Positions 47,879 through 62,354 are shown, counted from the stretch's first letter. The stretch: DNA of 64,000 nucleotides from Euprymna scolopes (GCA_053919585.1 CM132824.1); one strand, 5' to 3'. Notes: a model not told the origin generated them from the sequence alone. Translations and numbers: made by a program.

Positions 47879-48430
47879 ACTAATATACCTAGTGTATTAA
47901 TACTAAAAATCTACACTCCTACTAATATATCTAGTGTATTAATACTAAAAATCTACCGTATTAATACTAATACATTTAGTGTATTAATACTAATATATCT
48001 AGTGTATCAATACTAAAAATCTAGTGTATTAATACTAATATATCTAGTGTATTAATACTAATATATCTAGTGTATTAATACTAAAAATCTACCGTATTAA
48101 TACTAATACATTTAGTGTATTAATACTAAAAATCTAGTGTATTAATACTAATATATCTAGTGTATTAATACTAAAAATCTACCGTATTAATACTAATATA
48201 TTTAGTGTATTAATACTAATATACTTAGTGCATTAATACTAATATATCTAGTGTATTAATACTAATATATTTAGTGTATTAATACTAATATACTTAGTGC
48301 ATTAATACTAATATATCTAGTGTATTAATACTAATATATCTAGTGTATTAATACTAATATATTTAGTGTATTAATACTAATATATTTAGTGTATTAATAC
48401 TAATATATTTAGTGTATTAATACTAATATA
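47879..48430. repeat. 22-23 bp minisatellite, right part (about 24 units)
   Basis: Tandem ctaatatatctagtgtattaata / ctaaaaatctagtgtattaata. Confidence 0.97.
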
Positions 48431-49098
48431 AGAAAGTTTGTGATAGTAGGAGTGGAGTGTCAGCTTCAGCCAGACAGATACCCAATCTCCATAATAAATT
48501 TTCCGGGATCGACAATGATTTTTGTATTTGTGTTTGATTGAAAGACTTTCTCTGTAATTCATCTAGACTTTTGTCGGGACATTATATACATAATTTGGGA
48601 AAGCAAATGAGACAGAAAAAAAGGCAGATTTTATTCTTGAAGCAGAAAACAAGCAACGCATGAGATACAGGACTCGTAATTTGATGAGGGTTTCAATAAC
48701 AAATTGTTAATTCTTCTTTTGGCTAACATGGTAGAAAAGCGTAGGTATCATTTGAAACTTAGTCGCACTATGCTTACTTACTAAACCGCAGGTGAGCGGT
48801 AGGTAGTTGAAATGTGTAGGTCTTGATGGTGGCGAGTGAGTGTGGGTGCGGATGGAATAAACTGAGAAGTTTTTTTTATGGTTTTGATGTTTGTCTAAAG
48901 AAAAATAGTCACTTGCAATGAAACTGAATCGTACACAAATGCCGGTGAACATTTTTTGCGTGTGTCATGAGCAACGCATAGTTTTAGATTATAAACACAA
49001 CTGTTTTAGCAGAGAGTAATCATTTTTGAAGAATTGCAAGACATCGATACGATAATCCACAGAAATAGAGAGAACATACTAGATATACAAATACTACG

Positions 49099-49160
<62 letters not shown>

Positions 49161-49974
49161 TATAATTGAAAAAATATATTTTACGAAAATGACATGTATA
49201 TATGTTATTTTTGTAAAGTAAGTTTTTTAATTATATTTCACACTTTGTGTATACAAATACTTTTTGTTTAGAAGTTCCATGTACGTTAAATATGACATCA
49301 GAGCACATATAAAAGAATAACAGTATTGTTACATTCCAAGATCCAAATATTTATTTTTCATGCAAATCAGCTTCTTTGTTTATATCTAGGAACATTTTTT
49401 GCAGATACATTTCGTTATGCAGAAATAAATGGTTATTATTATGTCAATAGCGCCTCTTTTCGTGCATATACTCTTCAAATAAATTAGAAATTCTTTGCTT
49501 AGATAGAAAAACAATGCATGACAATATGATGTCGCAGAACAAAAAAAAATCATAAATGATTCAACATCAGGTGTTTGTTCCGGCAGCCATCTTGGTTCGT
49601 ATTGTAAAGCTAGACAAGTTTTATTCAACGTATGAATGAAAGTTTTTGAAATATTTTTGTTATAGGGATAAAAGGGGGAATAACTCTAAATAAAGAAAGC
49701 AAGCCATTATATATAAAATAATTTCATATAATCAACAGTAGTTTCTCTGCAGTGCAATGCAGACTAATATTTATTGTGGACTAAGTCAATGCAAGGGGTA
49801 TGGAAACCTTCATCGAGGTGCACCACTATGGATCATCAATGCAGACAATTGATTCGATTAAAAAATGGGCAATTTCACTGATTTCGATGGGAATAAAAAT
49901 ATGAGAATGTGAATCATCCATTGATGATCATTTAATACCAGTCAACGTGTCATGTATCCCTGCTAGAATATCTG

Positions 49975-52430
49975 TGAAGACTTAAATATTCACAATGTGG
50001 AATGGTTAACCCACTCAAACAAGACAGATTATGAGGGGAGGTTGTGTCACGATTCCTCCATTGCACTGACGGTCAGTATGTTTCCTAGATCTTTTCTTCA
50101 CAACTTGCTCTGAGCTATGTTCATGTTCTGTTCTGTCTCCAGTGAGATCTTCTGACCACTCTGTTGTATCAGTTAAAATAAAAATGAAATGTAATAAGTC
50201 CTCAGACGTATCTCTCCATCGCACAGTATATCAATACTCTATGGCTGACTGAGATACTTCCGTTCATTTATATCAGATATACTTCTGCGTTTCATGTTTA
50301 AAAAGGATGTTTCCTCCATAGTATCAGACCTGACAGAATGCTTAATTGTAGGTATAGACCGTTTCATACCCTCAAAAAAATTCCAGAAAAAACCTTACGG
50401 CCAACTGTGGTTCTCTCCAGAATGTGCTGCTGCCATTGCGCACAGAAATCACTTTTTCCATTGCTTCCAACGTAAAAAAATGTACTGAGACTACTAAAGC
50501 CGCTTTCAGGACTGCCAGCAACCACTGTAAAAGAGTAATAAAGAACGTGAGAGAGTTGTATGCTCAGTCTGTCAAGTTCAAAGTAGCTGAGCAGCGGCTT
50601 GGTTCCCACCAGTTTTGGCAAATAGGAAACAGGATCCTGAACATAAACGTGTGTTCTATCCCATCATCAATGGATCTGATGTAATCTCGTCAGCATCAGA
50701 CAAAGCTAAACTCTTTGTCAAGAACTTTGCAGCTAATTCTACCCTATGCGACCAAAGCCCCCTACCCTGCCGTATTTCTTCCTGTATCAGAAAACACTCC
50801 ATGCGACATACAAATATATGTGTGTGATATTGCTAAGCTAATAATAACTTCGATTCCAATAAAGCAACTGGCTCTGACGGCATTCCAATTATAGTGCTGA
50901 AAAAGCTTTAACCAGAACTAGCTCCCATACTTACAAAGCTGTTTAAGCGTTGTCTTTAGGGAATTGCTTCCCAACATCCTTGAAAACCTCATCGGTATGC
51001 CCTATATTTAAGAATTCAGGTGATCAGTCACCTCCCTCTCAGTACAGACCAATAAGTCTCCTGTGCGTCATGAGTAAGTTACTTGAATCTGTGTTAAATA
51101 GAGAATTAGTCAACCACCTTTGCAGAAATAACCTTCTCAGTGACACACAATATGGTTTCCGTTCTGCTAGATCTACAGTTATATCTCATAGGGTTAGCGA
51201 AACTCTCGATGGAGGCTTCCTTTCTAGGTCAATTGCTCTTGACATATCAAAGGCCTTTGATAGGGTATGACATAAATGTCTACTTCACAAGATCTTCAGA
51301 TACGATATAGTTGGAAATGTCTTTTCAGTTATTAAATCATCTCTCTCTGATAGGTTCATAAAAGTAGTGGTTGATGGGCAGAAATCAGAAGCTCATAATA
51401 TCAATACTGGAGTTCATCAGGAGTCCATCTTGGGTTGAATTCTCTTCCTGATCTACATTAATGATCTTCCAAATCACATCCTAAGATCATTCGTATTATG
51501 GCAGAACATCAAAGGCAATAAACACCCAAGTTCTCTCTGATTCTCTCTCTTCTGATCTTGTGGTACAATGAGGAAAAAGTGGTTGGTTACTGTAATGCAT
51601 CTAAAACTAAGCTTCTATCTTTACATCATCAATGTTATGATCCCCACCTGGCATCAACTGAAATGAAATGCCCTCGTCTTGAAGAGGCTCCATGTTTTGA
51701 CAAGCTTCTGGGCATGGCCTTTACTCTTGATCTAAAATAGAACATGTACATCAAATCCGTTGCCAAGGTCGCTGGAAAAATAGTGGGATCCTTTTTACGA
51801 TCCAGTAGATATCTGCTTGCTGATGCAATTGTCTACCTATATAAGAGCCAGGTACGTACCAAGGATGGAGTATTGCTGTCTCATCTGGGCAGGAACTGCT
51901 AGGAAGACTTATCCTGCCTTGACAGAGTTCAGAATAGACTTCATAGCCTAGTGGGAGATGTCCTTTTCCCCTCTCTGCAACCTCTTTCTCACAGAAGAGA
52001 CATTGCGAGTCTGTCACTGTTTTATCGTTATTTTCATACAAAGTGCTCGTCTGAGCCCAAATCTATGGTCCCCGTCGCCAAACATTCACGAGAAACACTC
52101 GTCTGGCTGAAAACACTATCAAAAATTTCCCCCACTCTTTATCTGTGTTTAAACCTAAATGTAGATTCCATGAACAAAGCTTTTTCTTAGAACTGCACAC
52201 CTGTGAAACTCTCTTCCGTTTACCTGCTTTCCAACTGACTACAATATGGCCGTCTTCAAGTCCATTGTAAACAAGTTCTTGATGAACTGTTCCCCTTAAG
52301 TTATCCAATTTACCAAATTTACACTTCTAACGATTACTGTATTGTCTTTTTGACTACTGTCCACTATTTAGCCCTTATCCTCGAGTGGCCTCTGGGTCTT
52401 GATAAGTGATGATTCCCTTGTAAAAAAAAA
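49975..52430 (+). mobile_element. Decayed CR1-group (Zenon-like) LINE, 5'-truncated within APE
   Basis: WFSPECAAAIAHRN, YRPISLL, QYGFRSARST, LDISKAFDRV, LQPLSHRRDIASL; poly(A) at 52422-30. Confidence 0.92.
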
Positions 52431-52469
52431 GAATCCAAAAAGTCTTTCGAAAAAAAACGAAAACTTTTT

Positions 52470-52700
52470 CAAAGCACAAAATTTCCACTGATCCTTCGAT
52501 CTTCTTCAGTGTGAATGATAGAACACGAGTGCAGCGCGGGCAGGGCGGGTAGGGCTAACATCACGAGAAGAGCGGGTATAGCCAATGAGGTTAAGATGTA
52601 TCTGAATACGACCATCCCAATACTTTTGACTTGGAATGGTCAGCAACTTCTGTGGCCTTTATTCCAAACCAAGTCTTTCATAAAATAATGAAGTGGACAC
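52470..52700 (-). mobile_element. Penelope-like element remnant with a decayed minimal hammerhead motif
   Basis: GIKATEVADHSKSKVLGW resembles the GIY-YIG C-terminal part; followed by cacaCTGAAGA...GAAA...tgtg. Confidence 0.45.
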
Positions 52701-53019
52701 CCACGCACTATGTACACACTCACATATATATACTTGCATGTGCACCCATACATTACCACACGTACCTGTGCACACACAGACTACACACACACACGTTTAT
52801 AAACGTACATACACATACACATGGGGAATGATGAACAGATATAGACAGATAAGTGAGAAGTACTGACCAAAAGCTGGTAATTCCAATTGAACTCATTAAC
52901 TTACTATGGTTCTAGGTATGGGACGAGGTGAAAGGGTAACGTCTTCTTTGCTTGTCTGGATTTTATGTATGCCTTCCCGCTCACCCGTATGCACACACAC
53001 CCACGCACACGCGCGCGCA

Positions 53020-53060
<41 letters not shown>

Positions 53061-53307
53061 GCATATACATATTTACATCGCACACACGCACACATACACA
53101 TGTTACATGGACGCATATATACATATAGATATATACGTACACAGCCGCATGCCGACACGTGTAAATGTATACGCACACACACACACATACATACTATATA
53201 TTATACATATATATGTGTAAGTTATTAAAATGTCAGTTAAGCTACGTAGAATATTCCACGTTTCATTCTCGTGAGCATTCGTCAGGCTGATTTGATTTTC
53301 GGAAGTT

Positions 53308-53354
<47 letters not shown>

Positions 53355-53829
53355 GTGAGAGAGAGAGAGAGAGAGAGAGAGACGGGGGTGGAGGGGGGGA
53401 GAAACAAACTTCCGAAAATCAAAACAAAACCGAATTAAGACAAACATAGAGGTCGATATTCTATTGAATAAAGCCGTATTAACAATAAACAAATAAACTT
53501 TATTTATATTAACCTCTTACTGTAGATTCTAATGTCTAGCATTAATTGATATATACACACATGTATTATTTTTTTAAAAGTGATCGAAGAGTATTCTTCT
53601 TTATTGTCATTTATATTCATTTAATTTTATTTCGACTTTTGTTCAAACATAATAAAATATCAGTGAAAACCTCTTAAATTTGGGACTATTTGATATCTAA
53701 TGTTTCTCTGTCCATTTGTGTGTCCATAAAACTCTCCTTCCTTCTCTTCTTCCACACACATCCATGCTCGTACATGATGATTGCAACGTCTATTTAGTTT
53801 ACTCGTGCATACATACATAATGATTGCAA

Positions 53830-54430
53830 CGTCTTGTCAGACGAGTGCCACTCCCTCAGACACTTAGTCCATAAACCCAAAATTATTACACGCTTCCAGC
53901 ATTTCAAGCCTCCACGCGTCACCACTTTTCCATCGCCACAGGACCACTTTATAGACAAATGCCTGAGGGAGTATCTATACACAGATGATGTTACAGAATC
54001 TTAGCTTTGTACGACAGCTAAGTCTCTGTCTCGGTTCAAAATGTTGAGATCCAGCAACAAGCAAGAGCAAGATAGCCAGCAACAAGTTAAACTGCAGACC
54101 AGCTTAATGCGGGTACTGGTCTCCCGCTTTATGGTTCTTTAAATCAGAGATATGCTTCTCCTAGAAAGGTTGCCTTCACCACGGCTTATGGGAGCCCTCT
54201 CCACCCCCAGCACACACATGCATACACACAAACACACAGTGCTAGTTGGCCGTTGACCCAGAAAAAAGAGTTAATTCGCCCTTTGGAAGGTCTTGTTTTT
54301 AATCCTTCAGGGAGACTAGCCGCCCTCCTCACCAAACAAGTCTGGTGGGGGGAACCAGTTTAGTCGCCGGTGACTCGACCATGAGGCAGGTAGTACTGGG
54401 TTACATGGTACCAGTTGCATATGACATGAC
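53830..54430 (-). mobile_element. 5' UTR and APE N-terminal remnant of an RTE-like LINE
   Basis: ggcaacctttctaggagaagcatatctctga leader motif recalled from RTE elements; IKWSCGDG / GVALV remnants. Confidence 0.5.
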
Positions 54431-55758
54431 CTGACATACATACATACATACATACATACATACATACATACATAAAATGACAGGTATAAGGGAAAAGCAT
54501 TATTTTTAAATTAGAAGCTATGACGATAATTGGAAGCTAAATATGTCAGTCAGAACAATCAGAGATTAAAAACAATTGGTGCTGGAAGTAAAACTCAAAG
54601 TTAGACATATTGAAATGCTTAAACAAACAAAACAAAATGAAAAGAAAAAGCTTTATCCCGTATATTTTTAAAAGGGGCGGACTATAGTATATAGGGTTTG
54701 TGAGACGGGAATGGGTAACGCGTCCACATATACACCTGTGTATTTTTGTACACTCGTATGCGTACTCGGAAAATGAAATTAAATATATGGTTAATATATC
54801 TATATATATAAAAATGTAATTCTTGGTTCGTTCGTTATTAGTAGTCTAAATAACCACTGAACGGATGGCTTCCACATTTTATATATAATATGTTTACTGT
54901 ACCCATGCGTGTTTTTATATATCTCTTTTCAATTATAACATTATACTTAATTTTTCTTTAATAAATAGGTGGTTTTCTTTGTAACGATGGGCCATTTTTG
55001 TTTTATTTGGGGACATATCACACCCTGCCGTCACGTGACATCACTAAAAGGATATTTTGGTCTCACCAATACAGGTTGTGGTGGTCTCGCTTAATGTGAA
55101 CAGAATGTGTTTATTTTTGCTTTCATTATATAAATAAAAGCATTGTAATTTGTAACAATAAAACAAAATAAAATCATTTTTACAGAAACATTACGAAAAA
55201 GGCCCCTAAAGTCCGTAATAATGAATTCGATATAACTCGAAGCAAAATTAATTTCTCGCACTACCGATGCTATTTTTAGCACAAACAAGATGTTTTCTTT
55301 TTTTTATATTTAATTCAATATCTTAGGATTTTACTTTACTAATTATCTTTGAAATAGACCCAGAAACCTAATATTAATTTTTAAAAGGATTTTTATAATG
55401 AATTTATTTAACTTCAAAATTTAGCTGAATTGGTAAGATCGCCGTGAAAACATTTTTCACAACTTTTTTTTTTTCACGAGTACAAATATTTTTTTCCTTT
55501 AGGAAATTAAGTTTAGTCATTAATCTTTCAAATACAATCAAAAAGTTGTCGGAAACCTGCAATAAAAAAAAAAAAAATTTTAATCGTTTATTTTTGCCCG
55601 TACCTAAACACTAGATATTAGCCTATTTCAGTCATCTAAATTATTTAGTGTGAAATGAGTTTAGGAATTTATATCCAAACTTAAATATTATTTTTACTTA
55701 AATAAAAATAACGTCTAGTGTATTAATGTAAATGTTAGGTTAAATTTGCGGAGAATGC

Positions 55759-56292
55759 CCTACTTTACGGTTGTTGTAAAAATGGAACGGAAATTTAACT
55801 TTCGTTCCCTTTTAAATTCGGTACATTTTTACATTACGTCCAACTCATCGTTCACATTCGATATGTCAACTTTTACAGGTTTTCGGGTAAGCTGACAAGG
55901 TAAGGGGTGTTTATTCCGGAAGCCGTTCTTAACATGGGGAGGTTTGGGGTGTCTATTCCGAGAGCCGTTCTTAACATGGGTAGATTGAAGTGTTTATTCG
56001 TTGTAAACGTACCCGACAATCCAATGTGAACGGTAAGTTGGAGTTATGTAAAAAATACTAAAAAGATATACCAAACTGACTTTTTTCGTTTAAAAATGGA
56101 ATTATTATTTCGTTAATAACCTTTTTTCTTTTTCTTTTTAATATTTTGTGTTTTGTATGTATATAAAGTACAATTGTTGAATGTTATTCTTTTGGTTATA
56201 TTTGCTTGGGGGGCACAATTAAAAAAAAGATTAAAACGGAGCGAAATTTAAGTTTCTGTTGCAGTTTTACGACAACCGTTCCAATAAAGTGG
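55759..56292. mobile_element. MITE / foldback element with long interrupted TIRs
   Basis: acggttgttgtaaaa...aaatttaactttcg is mirrored at 56233-56279; an inner IR tccaact..cgttcacatt is mirrored at about 56023-56043; central 35 bp tandem. Confidence 0.7.
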
Positions 56293-56328
56293 ATTGACTT
56301 ACTAGGATTTGTATTAGAAGCTGAGCAC

Positions 56329-57736
56329 TAGGTGTATCAGAATTTTGGGGGAATTTTGGACACTCCTATCACGAAGCTGCGAATAAAATATTAAAAAAAC
56401 TTGTAATTTCTCTTTTAAAAGTGGGTTGTTTATTTCTTTATGGAATATGCTTCCAAAATAAACAATTAAAGTCGTTTGAAAAATAATAGAAATATTATTT
56501 TTATTAAAAAAAAATGTTTAGAAAGTGCCGGCGCGCCTTCATGCAGCCATTTTTTTACGTAATGAAATCAATAGAATTTTACGAGTTTATTTTTTTCAAT
56601 TTTTAAGAAATCTATCGAAATTTTTCTATTGGTTCAATTTTTACGATATTTTAAGGGTCAATGTGAAATTTTATGCTCTTTCCAATACACCGAATATAAT
56701 ATTTTAGACAAACGTTTTTATTTAAATTCACTTTTTTGAAATGTCTATTAAAATTTTAATAATTAATTTATGTACCAAATTCACTTTTTTGAAATGTCTA
56801 TTAAAATTTTAATAATTAATTTATGTACCAAAGTTTTATATATCACAAATTGAAGATAAAAGATCAATAAATAATATATTGTAAATTAAAACAAAAAAGA
56901 AGTGTTTTTTGGAAATTCACCTGTAAAGTCCAAAGTGTAAGACCTTCGTTTTTTTTAAAACAACGTTGATTTTTTTTTATTGGAAGCCTATGTTCTGCTT
57001 ATATTGTCCAGTAAGTAATGGACGATGACGACAATTTTTTCTATGCTTTCTTTTTTAGATATTTAAAAAAAAAATTCACTCGACAAAAAAAAGAATGAAA
57101 ATATAATATTCAAACATTTATATATTTATTTGAGAAAAGAAAAAAATTCCTCGAGTGTCTTTTTTTTTAGGCAAAATCTTGTAAGTAAAATTTGACTATT
57201 TGTAACCTATGGGAACACATATTTCTTCACGGACAAGGCTAGACGACTAACGCGAGCGTGTGGTTTTTACTTCCTTCTGTCCATCCGTAGTTCAAAACAA
57301 TTAAAAAAAAAATAATTCCTGTTTTCGATAAGCGTCATGGCGCCTTTTTCAAATAGGCGTTTAAAAATTCTTTTATTTAAAAACAAATGGATTTTAAAAT
57401 ATAAATATGGATAAATTCTTAACAATGAAGAATGGAGCTACACATTAATTAGTAATTTTTATAGGTAAATGATTGTTTGGAATTTTTATCGATTTTTATA
57501 ATCGACGTAAGTTTAATTTCGTTTATTTTCTTCAAATCTTTTTTAAAGAAAACCGACTTAAAAACAAATATTGCTATCAAACCTGTTATTTTTTAAATTT
57601 GGTCTTTGCTCCTTTAATTGAAAAAAAATTAGGGTTTGATATACATTTTTCAAGTAGTTTTAAGCTTGGAAAGATAGGAGGTCGAATTATTCAATATTTT
57701 TTCACGCATTCGTAAGGTCGGTTTCTGACACACTTA
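56329..57736. mobile_element. Non-autonomous TAG...CTA element (AcademH-like), copy 2, with an internal insertion of about 600 bp
   Basis: Perfect 9 bp TSD GCTGAGCAC at 56320-28 and 57737-45; TIR taggtgtatcagaa / ttctgacacactta. Confidence 0.9.
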
Positions 57737-60274
57737 GCTGAGCACTTATTAAATGTATTTAATTGTTGAATTTTTTTCATTTTGGTTAAATTTGTTAGTA
57801 TGCAATCGCTGATAGCCCACTCAAAAACTTGAACACAAGACGAAATTAAAAAGAATGGTACTCATGCAGAATTTGACCCGCCACCCCCTGATTCCAATTA
57901 TGGTTAGGGTGCGACCGACAATATCCGGATTCAACCGAGCGTTGTTCAAATGTTGAAACGCTAAATCAACATTTTATTTGTTTTTTTTTTACATAATTAA
58001 TTTATTAATTAATTTCTGTTTATTTTCTTAATATCTGTTGACAAAAAATAATTTGTACATTCTCTTGAAAAAAGCAAACTTTTTTCTACTTTCACCTATT
58101 TACAGTATTCATATAAAACATTCATCTTTTCTTTTCATAATAAAAATTCCGTTTTCAAAAAGAAACGTTTACTGTCAAATTTCTTTAAAAGAAAAGTGCA
58201 AGTTTTCCTGAAAAAACATTCCTCTAACAATTTATGGTAAAAATAAATCTTTTTTTGAGGAAAAATCCCCAACTTTTATTGATAAAAAAAAAATGCAAAA
58301 AATAATAAAAGTAAATAAACAATACAAAATGCAATTTTTCTTGAGGAATGTGTTCCATTTTAACAAACTGAGCCACAGCAACGCGTGGCCGGGTACAGCT
58401 AGTATATATATATATATATCCATATGTATATATTCGTATTCCTGTCTGTTTCTTTTTTTTGTTCACAATTTGATTAATATATACAAATGATTCCTTACTT
58501 TTACTCTTTACGTTTACTCTTTCATTCATTTCTATATATAGTATGATTCTTGCAAACCATATACAATTAAGAGATTATCTAATTTGCATATTACATTAAG
58601 AAAAATCGATGTTATTAAATAGCGGTAACTTTGTTAATGTTTTTAGCGAGAGAATTGTTTAAGTATTTTATTTAAAATTGTTATTTAATAAATTTTAAAC
58701 AATAAGTATGTTGATAACATACTTAATTTAATTTATTTAATATTATTATTCCAACATCGATTTTTTAAAAACGTTTCTTTTTTAGAGTTATTTGCCCCTA
58801 GAAACTTCGTACCATGAATAGTTTGTTTATTTAAACAAAAACTATTCAACAAATAAAATAATTTGATAATCTCAATAATTTTCTAGCTTGAAAAAATAAT
58901 TCCGTGTAGATAGAAAAATGCTTAACTTTTATTGTTTTTTTTTAAATATTCAAACAAAAAAATACTTACGAAAAAAAAAACTGAAAAGATTTCATTTGTT
59001 TGTTTTTTATTATTCTTTATAGAAATCGGTAAATTTTTACGATGTGACCCAGCGTCGTTTAACACCTAAAATAAATAAAGATCTACTGCCCCAACCTCTA
59101 AATTCCACAATTTACACTGTTTTTTCACGTTAATCTCATCGATTACAAACCTAACTTTCTAATTTAAAAAAAGGTGAATTTTTACGACGTGACCTAGCGT
59201 TGTTTAAACCCTAAAAAATGAAGATCTACTTTTGAGGGGCCCTAATACGTTTAAACAGCCTTTATAAATAATCTGAGAGAAGAAATTTTGAAAAAAATTA
59301 ACATTTTAGAGAAGGAATCACTTTTCTATATAAATTTAACATTAAATAAGTCTCCACTTTTTAGCCACCAAGAGTTCAACGAGACATGCCACCTCTAGCA
59401 TCTTTTCAAGTTTGGCGATCGAGGGGCGGGCAAAACATGACAAATACAATTTGTTTTTGAGGGGGGGCTTGAATTACATTTAAAACAAAAAATAACGATA
59501 AATTTAATTAATTTTTATGAGACAATTCTGTACTTTCCCTTAACAATTTTATAAAATAAAACGAACCCCAAGATATGACAAATTCAATTTTGGGGGTTCG
59601 GGGGAAGGGTTACATTAAAAACATAACATGGCGAAAAATTTCATTTAATTGTTTTTGGAATTTATTTTGGTAGATTTTCATTTTTTTAATGGGTTCTAAC
59701 TATTTGGCTATTTATTTATTAATTTATTTATTTTGCAATCGCACGGGTATCCGCTGCTATTTTTTATTGAAACAAAAGTTGTAATGATTGATATTTAATT
59801 AAATAATTGGGGAGGAGGTCTTTCCAGTGCTCAATATCAATAGAATAGTTTCTTCTCTTTGTATCCCTTCTATAGAAATATCTGGTGGAGAGGGTATCAC
59901 GTACTTTTTTTTGGGGGGGGGGGCAATTACATTTGCATGTTTTTATCTGTTTTTTGGAGTTGTTGTGGGGGTATCCACGTTGCCCATGTTGAAAATGATT
60001 AGTATAGCAGGTATGTTCTAAAAAAACTTAATGTCAACCAAGGCAANNNNNNNNNNNNNNNNNNNNNNNNNNNNNNNNNNNNNNNNNNNNNNNNNNNNNN
60101 NNNNNNNNNNNNNNNNNNNNNNNNNNNNNNNNNNNNNNNNNNNNNNNNNNNNNNNNNNNNNNNNNNNNNNNNNNNNNNNNNNNNTATATGGTTGACTATT
60201 TTAGAAAACTGATTTCATATAATGATAGAAGATGTATCGAGGATCAGGAAAGTGTATCGCAGAACGGTGGTTCG

Positions 60275-60620
60275 TAAAAATTGTGGGGTATGCGTTCGCG
60301 CCTAGCCCCCAAAGTATGGAAATAAAAAATGAAAACGTTGACAAAGGTTTTTGATATGGATGTATATAAGAATACTTTGATAAGTATGTTTCAACTTAAA
60401 TAAGGATGGTATAATAAAATTGTGGGGTCTGTGTTCGCGCCTATACTCCATGGAAATATGGTACAAACTTTAACAAAGGCTTTTCATATCTATTTGCGTA
60501 AGTATACTTTGATAATTATGTTTCAGTTTGAAGAAATATGGTATAATAAAATTATTGGGTGGTCGTTCGCGCCTGACTTCCATAGAATGTAAATATGTCA
60601 CAAAGTTTAACAAGTTTTTT
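60275..60620. repeat. Degenerate tandem repeat of about 135 bp, ~2.5 copies
   Basis: aaaattgtgggg...gttcgcgcct recurs at about 60278, 60416 and 60548. Confidence 0.8.
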
Positions 60621-61888
60621 AAAAGAGGTGAGGGTCCACAATAACACATTAACTTTAATCTTAATTCACGTTAGCTTTTATTTATTTGTGTTTTTGGGTT
60701 GAATCATATTGTGTCGAATAAATTCACCTCATAAATTCACGTTCTTATTAAAGTGAAAGCCAAAAAAAAAAAAGTCGGAACTTTAGACAATTCTCGACAC
60801 AATTTTGCATAACTCTGTTTTTCCTACTCCACTTGCACGTAGCACTCTTTCGAAAATAGATAAATAGATAAATAATACAAAATAAGAACGTTACTTGTTA
60901 TCGTGTCAAAAGAAGGAAAAAATCCTGCTCACGTGATTACGTGTCTTTTCAAAACATTTAAATAAACTTTTTATTTTTATTTATATATCTGTTTAAGCTT
61001 TTTTTGTCAGTGTAGTAGAAGGAATTCAGTTGATTACAACCCGTTCTGCGTGTTCTTTACATTACAATAGTAAAACCCTGAATCCGACGGCGCAATACTA
61101 CACCGTTCAATACTGTAAAACTGAAACGAAGCTGTTCTGCTAGAAAAGGGCGCCATTTCCTTCTTATTCATATTTATATCGATTCTTTGCTTTAAAAAAC
61201 TAAGTAATTACGTGTTTACTTTTTTTAATATCCCATTTTGCTGTTTCGGATTATTTTACTAAAGTAAGTAAAGCTTCATTATTTTTCAAAACTGTTTTTG
61301 TTTCTTTTTTTTTCGATATTTCGTCGATATTATTTAGTAAGAGTGTTTAGCAGAAAAGCCAACAAACGACTACCCGAAAAAATAAATATACAAGAAATAA
61401 ATGTTACCTTAGTCAATAAAAGTTCAGTTCATGTTTTTTTTTGTTTTGAAATAGTTTTTAATGCTCTTTACTTGAAATAATTTCAGCGAACCGAAATTAA
61501 AACGAAATTTGAGGCGATAACTACTTAAATGAATTTTTATATAAACTACACATACCATAATCGAATATTCCTCAAGCACAAAATAACGGAAAACATTAAA
61601 ATATGTTTATAAATATCCTTACGTTAACGGAACTCTCTTAAATTGTTAAAACAGAATGCTCAGGTGCCCCTCCTTCAAATTGAAAACGGGGCTCTCCATT
61701 TCAAAGTCGCTGCCATTTTGATTTTTTTAAACTGATTCGTGAATTAAAAAAAAAAAATTTTTCTTACAAACGACTTAAAAATGCAAATAAATGAACTTTT
61801 CTACCATAAAAGTAACTTCTATTGACTATGGTAACATTCATTTCTTGTATATTCATTTCTTGTAAGGAATTTTGTGTGTGTGTGTAAG

Positions 61889-61944
<56 letters not shown>

Positions 61945-61946
<2 letters not shown>

Positions 61947-62351
61947 TCGTTCCATATGGACCTGAAACAACTGGTTCGATTTTATGAAATTTTACACGAA
62001 GGTACTTTATGTTCCTGGCAGTGTTTTATATAGGTTTTGTATCGGAAAGTCTTAATTAATGCAAGCCATTATATAAAAATAATTTTATAAAATCAACACT
62101 AGGTTCTCTACAGTGCAATGCAGACTATGTTATATTGTGAACTAAGTTTGCGAGAGGCATGTAAAGCTTCCTTGAGATGCATCGCGATGGGTCCCCAATT
62201 AGAATTGGTTTTATTGAATAATGAGCGATGTCACCGATTTCGATGACAATAAAAATATGGGAGTGTTTGAATATATAGATAATGTTAGATAATCAACAGT
62301 GGATTCATTCGTTGAGTATCATTCAAGCCCGGGCAACATCGAGGAACCTTG

Positions 62352-62354
<3 letters not shown>
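61945..62354 (+). mobile_element. Non-autonomous Helitron family A copy
   Basis: Shared internal blocks with the 12230 copy; 3' cccgggcaacatcgagg...gcta end. Confidence 0.7.

Larger units (their letters stand above)
54799..58402 (+). mobile_element. Composite non-autonomous Helitron carrying nested insertions
   Basis: 5' a|TCtatatatataaaaatg; 3' hairpin ccacagcaacgcgtgg plus CTAG|t; internal 55191-55268 similar to 18788-18867. That both ends belong to one element is inferred. Confidence 0.55.

Noticed and set aside
52631-53492. His/Thr- or Cys/Val-rich ORFs
   Set aside because: Translations of (CA)n, (TA)n and (GA)n microsatellites.
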